A stretch of 64,000 nucleotides of DNA from a virus (Duplodnaviria; Caudoviricetes). Below, in pieces: positions 59,863-64,000 of this stretch (positions are counted from its first letter, which is position 1; every line of letters begins with the position of its first letter). Made by a program: the position numbers and the translations under genes. The stretch is taken from positions 1,551 through 65,550 of the IMG/VR virus record IMGVR_UViG_3300034418_005508. One strand, 5' to 3'. The notes below the pieces were generated by a model. The model did no database searches, was not told the origin of the DNA, and saw nothing but the letters and a program-made list of their open reading frames with translations.

Positions 59863-60380
59863 GGGTAGGTTTCTTGAGTGCCATCGAACTCCTCTCTGTA
59901 AACCACTACGACTGTTAAATTCAGATCCGTCTCGTTCAGGTTTGGTGAAGTGGTTTCGCCGTAATATGAACTGCCGTCGCCCTCAGGGCCCAGGTCCCAG
60001 GACCCAGCTTGCACCGCTGTATTTCTCTTCACCTCGCCTGCCTGCAGGTTGTAGAATGGTGGGTCTGCATACGTATCAGCTATAGTGAAGACTATAGACT
60101 TACCTGTCATTATCTCCTCCCACATCTTTATTATAGAACCCCAGGCCCCACCCTGAACGTCCTCGAAGCGGATTTTAACTACGTCTATTTCGTTTGTAGC
60201 ATTTGTTCCGCTACCTCCACCACCTTCTTGGCGCAGCATAGTACCAAAATATATTTCTACATAGTTCCCAGATACTCTACGTATACCTCTGAATAGATTT
60301 GCGTGCCAGAAATGTTGGGTACCGTCACGCGTCCGGACTCGTATTAGTTTATCTGGTATTGTGCGATACTGATTGCTCAT
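59859..60380 (-). CDS. Hypothetical protein
   Basis: 173-aa ORF overlapping both neighbours in the operon. Confidence 0.65.
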   Translation of the reverse strand: MSNQYRTIPDKLIRVRTRDGTQHFWHANLFRGIRRVSGNYVEIYFGTMLRQEGGGGSGTNATNEIDVVKIRFEDVQGGAWGSIIKMWEEIMTGKSIVFTIADTYADPPFYNLQAGEVKRNTAVQAGSWDLGPEGDGSSYYGETTSPNLNETDLNLTVVVVYREEFDGTQETYP

Positions 60381-60570
60381 TGTTCAAGTGTTTAAGTCGT
60401 CCTGGTAGGACGTGAAACTTACCAAGGAATGGTAATCTGACTGGTTCGAAGCTGCCCTCCTTTATTATGCGTGCAGTGTATTTGAATTGGTAGTAGACTG
60501 CCTCTTCAACTTTCTGCAGCGGGAGTGCATACTTAGTCGCTAGTCTTTGAATTATTATTTTTTCGCTCAT
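60349..60570 (-). CDS. HU/IHF-like DNA-binding protein
   Basis: 73 aa. LATKY.L....VE..V...F....I..G....VRLPFLGKF.V. Confidence 0.75.
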   Translation of the reverse strand: MSEKIIIQRLATKYALPLQKVEEAVYYQFKYTARIIKEGSFEPVRLPFLGKFHVLPGRLKHLNNEQSVSHNTR

Positions 60571-60904
60571 TTCTCAGTTTCTGCAGTCTCCGCTTCTTGT
60601 ACACAGCATTCTCTTTTGTCTTGGACAGCTTGACTGTCTTTCCCCCACTACCTACAACCTGTGGCTTCCATCGATCGTCGGGGCACTTTGATGTTGCCCA
60701 CTTTGCCTTGTGTTCTACCACACATCCGCAGAGTCCGCACCTACCTTCTTTTTCTCTTAGGTGCTCACATCCATTGCATGTGTTCAGCCTGTCTTGGTAG
60801 TCGCTTTCGTTAACGTTAGGTGCTCCCTGCTTGGCGTATTCTACAGTTTCCTTAGCGAAATTCTTCACCATTTGGAACACTGATAACTTGTTCTTCTTGC
60901 TCAT
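60533..60904 (-). CDS. Cys-rich putative zinc-binding protein (DUF6171-like)
   Basis: RLNTCNGCEHL...CGLCGC....K......CP..RW. Confidence 0.75.
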   Translation of the reverse strand: MSKKNKLSVFQMVKNFAKETVEYAKQGAPNVNESDYQDRLNTCNGCEHLREKEGRCGLCGCVVEHKAKWATSKCPDDRWKPQVVGSGGKTVKLSKTKENAVYKKRRLQKLRNERKNNNSKTSD

Positions 60905-61010
60905 AGTCTAAATTAAAAATGATTACTGTTGCTGAATCTCCTGAGGGCGAGTAGTACACTGATATAGCCCACGGGTCATAGATCCACCTTGTCTCTATTG
61001 GGCGTGGCAT
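60852..61010 (-). CDS. Small hypothetical protein (52 aa), not in the ORF track
   Basis: MPRPIETRWIYDPWAISVYYSPSGDSATVIIFNLDYEQEEQVISVPNGEEFR; bridges the gap between two genes with overlaps at both ends. Confidence 0.45.
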   Translation of the reverse strand: MPRPIETRWIYDPWAISVYYSPSGDSATVIIFNLDYEQEEQVISVPNGEEFR

Positions 61011-61323
61011 TCTGTATGCTTATGGTTACAACGTCTTCAGATATGGTCAACAGCTTAGATAGCTTATACCCGTTCTTGGTTTTCACTATCGCACCCTTGT
61101 CTTTCAGTCGCTTGACGTAGTTGTTCAGGGTGTTGGGGTCTTTGACATTCAGCTCTTTGGCTACGTTCTTCTTTGCATCTGCAGAGCAGAGGTTTACTGT
61201 CTTGCCCAGGTCAATGAAAGCAGACAGTACCTGTAGCTCTTTATCTGTAAGCTCTAGTATACCGTTGAATACCTGCAAGAACTGGTATGTGGTTTTGACT
61301 GCTATATTAATATTCCTGGCCAT
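60976..61323 (-). CDS. Winged-helix DNA-binding protein
   Basis: 115 aa. LTDKELQVL...VAKELNV...TLNNYVKRLKDKGAI. Confidence 0.75.
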   Translation of the reverse strand: MARNINIAVKTTYQFLQVFNGILELTDKELQVLSAFIDLGKTVNLCSADAKKNVAKELNVKDPNTLNNYVKRLKDKGAIVKTKNGYKLSKLLTISEDVVTISIQNATPNRDKVDL

Positions 61324-61555
61324 CTCTGAAAACTATTTTGGCTCTCCCCTCATCTAGGTTTATTCTACACGTGGAGGATTGCCTGTTAAACTCATCTAGG
61401 TATTCTTGTATGTTCTCTCTTGTCACCAAGAATGATAAGAATACCTCTAACTCTCTTGCTGCTCTTTGCAGCATTTGGTCTTTCTGGTCTGTGGCTTCTT
61501 TAGCGCTCCTCAGCTCATCGAAAGACTTTAACGACACTGTGACGCTTCCCTCCAT
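61307..61555 (-). CDS. Hypothetical protein
   Basis: 82 aa, TAATG-coupled to groES. Confidence 0.7.
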   Translation of the reverse strand: MEGSVTVSLKSFDELRSAKEATDQKDQMLQRAARELEVFLSFLVTRENIQEYLDEFNRQSSTCRINLDEGRAKIVFRDGQEY

Positions 61556-61833
61556 TAGTTAGGGATAATACCGCAGATCATAAATTCGTTCACCATTACG
61601 TACTCCTTACCCTTTAGGTCTATAATTAGACCTTCAGATGTAGGATGTACCATGACAGTGTCGCCCTCTTTGACCATCTCACACTTAGGTCCTGCGGCAA
61701 CTACTTCAAGTATGTTCGTACGTAGTGAGTTTTCTGCACCCCCGTGCAGTGTAATACCGGATGCGGTCTTATTCTTACGTTGAACTGGGAGAACTACCCA
61801 GTCACGTGTGGGTTGGAAGTTGATCTTTGCCAT
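61555..61833 (-). CDS. groES: Co-chaperonin GroES (Cpn10)
   Basis: FQPTRDWVVL..KTASGI.L..VVAAGP...VKEGDTV..EY.MV.E..I.GI. Confidence 0.92.
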   Translation of the reverse strand: MAKINFQPTRDWVVLPVQRKNKTASGITLHGGAENSLRTNILEVVAAGPKCEMVKEGDTVMVHPTSEGLIIDLKGKEYVMVNEFMICGIIPN

Positions 61834-61849
61834 TTGTGTTGGTTTTAGG

Positions 61850-61857
61850 CAAAGATA
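61850..61857 (-). promoter_or_regulatory. Bacteroidota -7 element TATCTTTG upstream of groES
   Basis: TAnnTTTG in the intergenic gap, with TTG 21 nt upstream (61879-61881). Confidence 0.75.
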
Positions 61858-61869
61858 TAAAAACTTGTC

Positions 61870-62268
61870 TTATATAAACAAGAGTAGTACAGTTCTTTTT
61901 CCCTCATGTGGGGTTACCATGTGCTCTACGTCAGAACTGTGGATGTAGGCTGAACGGTAAATCTTATCTTCTTTCCTGTCTCTGTAGGTAAGTGTGCCCC
62001 CAGTAAACTGATCTGGTTTGGATAGCAGTACACTTGCCCCATATCTGCACCAAAGCATGTGCTTTTTGCTGCCTGTGTCTATATGCCACCCGTGTCCTTG
62101 AGGCTTAGACTCTACTCTCCAATAAGAGTTTTCTGTAGGGGTAGCATCTATGTGAGCTAGCACTTTTTTGAGCGGTGCAGAATCCCAGGTACGATGCTTA
62201 CCTGTAGGTTGTGCTTTTAACCAGTTTACGTCATCTTCGTCTATGACGTTGTCAACTCGTTTTCTCAT
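61870..62268 (-). CDS. 2OG-Fe(II) oxygenase superfamily protein (132 aa)
   Basis: WHID (HxD), FTGG.L, HMVTP..GKR. Start reassigned to the ATGA overlap at 62268. Confidence 0.85.
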   Translation of the reverse strand: MRKRVDNVIDEDDVNWLKAQPTGKHRTWDSAPLKKVLAHIDATPTENSYWRVESKPQGHGWHIDTGSKKHMLWCRYGASVLLSKPDQFTGGTLTYRDRKEDKIYRSAYIHSSDVEHMVTPHEGKRTVLLLFI

Positions 62269-62681
62269 AGTATATCTGCAAACTTCTCGCTGACTTTGAA
62301 GCTGGGGCATGTTTTGTCTGAGAACTCATTGTGCCCGTGCAGCGTCAACTCTCTATCCCATACCATGCGTAGTGAGAACACCAGTTCCCTGAATGCTTCT
62401 TCTTGGCATTCGAACATTGTGTCCTTGGGGTTCATCTCAGCATCCATCCCACCGATGTAGCAGATCCCTATGGAGTCGTCATTGTGGCCTTTGGTGTGTG
62501 CACCTTTTGTATCTAGAGGTCTCCCACTTTCTATCTCCCCGTTTAGCTTGATGACGTAGTGGTACCCGATATCCGCCCAGCCGTTTCCGTTTACGTGCCA
62601 GTCTCTTATTGTTGCTGCGTCTATGTCTCTCCCTTCTGGAGTGGCGGAGCAGTGCAGTATAATTCGGTTAATCTCTCTCAT
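62265..62681 (-). CDS. Endolysin, N-acetylmuramoyl-L-alanine amidase (T7 lysozyme-like, 138 aa)
   Basis: IILHCSAT, GWADIGYHYVI, GAH..GHN..SIGICYIGG, GHNE...KTCPSF. Start taken at ATG 62681. Confidence 0.93.
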   Translation of the reverse strand: MREINRIILHCSATPEGRDIDAATIRDWHVNGNGWADIGYHYVIKLNGEIESGRPLDTKGAHTKGHNDDSIGICYIGGMDAEMNPKDTMFECQEEAFRELVFSLRMVWDRELTLHGHNEFSDKTCPSFKVSEKFADIL

Positions 62682-62920
62682 GACTAGATACAATTTACCC
62701 CCTTGGGTTTGCGTGTTTAGCAGTTGGATTTCCACTCGCCGTCTTTAGCCTACGTGGGGGCATTTCTGTCAGCCTATAGCCTTGTTCCCACCCGAGTTTT
62801 ATACCAACGCACTTTTTGAAACTACCGGGGACAACGTTCACTGCCTATGGTGACAGCTAATGTAACCCGATGTCTAGGCCCCTTTTTGGTTACCGAGGGC
62901 CGGTCGCAAAGCGGTTTCGT
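62682..62920 (-). ncRNA. Candidate structured ncRNA or 5' leader upstream of the endolysin
   Basis: Largest non-coding gap in the window, GC-richer than the other spacers, preceded by TACCTTTG, with several nested helices identified by eye. No family recognised. Confidence 0.55.
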
Positions 62921-62922
62921 TA

Positions 62923-62930
62923 CAAAGGTA
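62923..62930 (-). promoter_or_regulatory. Bacteroidota -7 element TACCTTTG
   Basis: TAnnTTTG just after the stop of 62932-63240, pointing into the structured spacer. Confidence 0.65.
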
Positions 62931-62931
62931 A

Positions 62932-63240
62932 TTAATTGCAGTCTTTCTGCCGCAACTCATCCACAAGTATTTGCAGTTGTTCTACATCACGCTCTAAGTG
63001 ATTGAGTCTGAGGTTCTGCTCAGCATCATCAGGTAAGCTGCCCATCTCCCCTCTTGGCCACTTGATTCTGAACTCTGAGTTGAGTTCGATCTCTTGATTG
63101 TGACGCATAGTTTCTATCTCAAGCTGAGACAGTGCAGACATGATGGTGAAGTAAATCCATACAGCCCCACCAACACCTACAACGATTTGGATCAACCACT
63201 TAATGTTAATCCCGAAGTTTGTGGTGTCGTCAAGTTTCAC
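62932..63240 (-). CDS. Membrane protein with one TM helix and coiled coil (lysis-associated?)
   Basis: 102 aa. WLIQIVVGVGGAVWIYFTIM hydrophobic helix; near the amidase gene. Confidence 0.7.
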   Translation of the reverse strand: MKLDDTTNFGINIKWLIQIVVGVGGAVWIYFTIMSALSQLEIETMRHNQEIELNSEFRIKWPRGEMGSLPDDAEQNLRLNHLERDVEQLQILVDELRQKDCN

Positions 63241-63446
63241 TCCATCTTGTTTTTAGCGAGGAGTATCTTGATCTCTTGGATGTCTTTAAGGAGCTGCTTA
63301 ACGTCGTCCTTAAACTCTTTGTTGTCTGCCTCCAGGGCGTAGACCCGAGATGATAGTTTGTTGTAGTCAGCTTGGAACTTTATCCAACCCCCGATTAACG
63401 ATCCTGCTACAACTAAAAACTCAAAGTGAGATAGGTATTCTTCCAT
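63237..63446 (-). CDS. Small TM plus coiled-coil protein, holin/XhlA-like (69 aa)
   Basis: Start reassigned to ATG 63446 (MEEYLSHFEFLVVAGSLIGGW...), because the upstream extension overlaps another gene. Confidence 0.65.
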   Translation of the reverse strand: MEEYLSHFEFLVVAGSLIGGWIKFQADYNKLSSRVYALEADNKEFKDDVKQLLKDIQEIKILLAKNKME

Positions 63447-63459
63447 AGTGATAGGTGTG

Positions 63460-63594
63460 TCACCTACCCTGGCCGCGATATGCTTTCTTATAGTTCTTAG
63501 ACTTCTTATGGACTGAAGTCTTGGTCTTAGCATGTACCCCAGGACGGGAGACAGTTTTACGAATGTAAATGTCGAATGCTGTTTGTTTTGCCAT
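63460..63594 (-). CDS. Small basic protein ending YRGQGR (44 aa), not in the ORF track
   Basis: MAKQTAFDIYIRKTVSRPGVHAKTKTSVHKKSKNYKKAYRGQGR. The KxYRGQG ending is a motif I recall from small aquatic-phage proteins; it has its own promoter. Confidence 0.85.
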   Translation of the reverse strand: MAKQTAFDIYIRKTVSRPGVHAKTKTSVHKKSKNYKKAYRGQGR

Positions 63595-63598
63595 GTGG

Positions 63599-63629
63599 CA
63601 AAGTTAAGTCAAAAAAATTATGTGGCAAA
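63599..63629 (-). promoter_or_regulatory. Full Bacteroidota sigma-A promoter TTTG-N19-TAACTTTG starting the late operon
   Basis: -33 TTTG at 63626-63629, -7 TAACTTTG at 63599-63606, then CCAC-ATG. Confidence 0.8.
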
Positions 63630-63738
63630 AAAAATTTTTGTGAGAGCGTGAACCTACACATTCAAAGACCCCAGCTATGTTGCGGGCTTCGACAGCCCCC
63701 GGTAGTACATTGTGTCACCCCTAATTTAACAAGTCGCC

Positions 63739-63957
63739 ATGGCGAAATTCACTAAGAGCAACACGCAAGTAATGCGTGACCTGGACAATACCAAGAAGCT
63801 GGTCATTGTCATCGATGGGCAGGAGCCCATGTCCTTTTACGCGGACGAGGACGTCCTTGCCGCAGATTCGAACTGGCGTTCGCGTCTGCTCATACAGGAG
63901 GGAGACTATGGTCCCTTCGCTAAACTCGAACGTCGTTTGGAGTTGCTAGACCTTTGA
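63739..63957 (+). CDS. Hypothetical protein (72 aa), first gene of the opposite-strand region
   Basis: Only credible plus-strand ORF; no minus-strand gene opposes it. A CTAGAC/GTCTAG hairpin (63946-63963) overlaps its stop. Confidence 0.65.
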   Translation: MAKFTKSNTQVMRDLDNTKKLVIVIDGQEPMSFYADEDVLAADSNWRSRLLIQEGDYGPFAKLERRLELLDL

Positions 63958-64000
63958 GTCTAGTTGCGCCAACCATCAGAGGTACAAGTTAGTGTGTGTG

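Noticed and set aside
59859-60380. RQEGG in the 173-aa protein as another QxGG tag
   Set aside because: Part of a GGGGSG linker, single copy, and lacking the usual context; not counted.
62682-62920. tRNA, tmRNA or RNase P identity for the structured spacer
   Set aside because: No T-loop GTTCRA with cloverleaf spacing and no RNase P or tmRNA signature recognised; kept as an unclassified candidate.
193-63342. Numerous plus-strand ORFs, e.g. 30989-31921 (310 aa), 50380-51057, 47201-47821
   Set aside because: Antisense shadows of well-supported minus-strand genes, with no motifs or start signals.
1-64000. Stop-codon reassignment (TAG or TGA), common in some gut Crassvirales
   Set aside because: Genes up to 11.6 kb are open in the standard code and tile the strand; TAA, TAG and TGA all end genes at sensible positions.

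Overview
The window is the virion-assembly (late) half of a crAss-like podophage genome (order Crassvirales, phi14:2/crAss001-type gene order) read in the standard genetic code. Almost all genes are on the minus strand. Right to left they are: lysis and accessory genes (holin-like proteins, amidase, 2OG-Fe(II) oxygenase, GroES, wHTH and IHF-like proteins), terminase, portal, acidic scaffold-like protein, major capsid protein, ring/auxiliary capsid/hub/fibre proteins, a cluster of very basic small-module proteins, the muzzle, cargo proteins, a 3887-aa virion RNA polymerase fused to a zincin domain, and a further large cargo gene that runs off the left edge. TAnnTTTG promoter elements and the lack of obvious Shine-Dalgarno sites point to a Bacteroidota host; the accessory genes suggest a marine flavobacterial one. 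Three observations stand out. (1) A Q-x-G-G tag recurs in five otherwise different proteins and punctuates modular K/R-rich polyproteins, a candidate capsid-loading or processing code. (2) A promoter-driven, extensively base-paired non-coding region of about 240 nt precedes the endolysin. (3) Three genes share an identical TAnnTTTG-N4-ATG architecture suggesting leaderless mRNAs. All family assignments come from motif recognition and synteny by eye, not from database searches.
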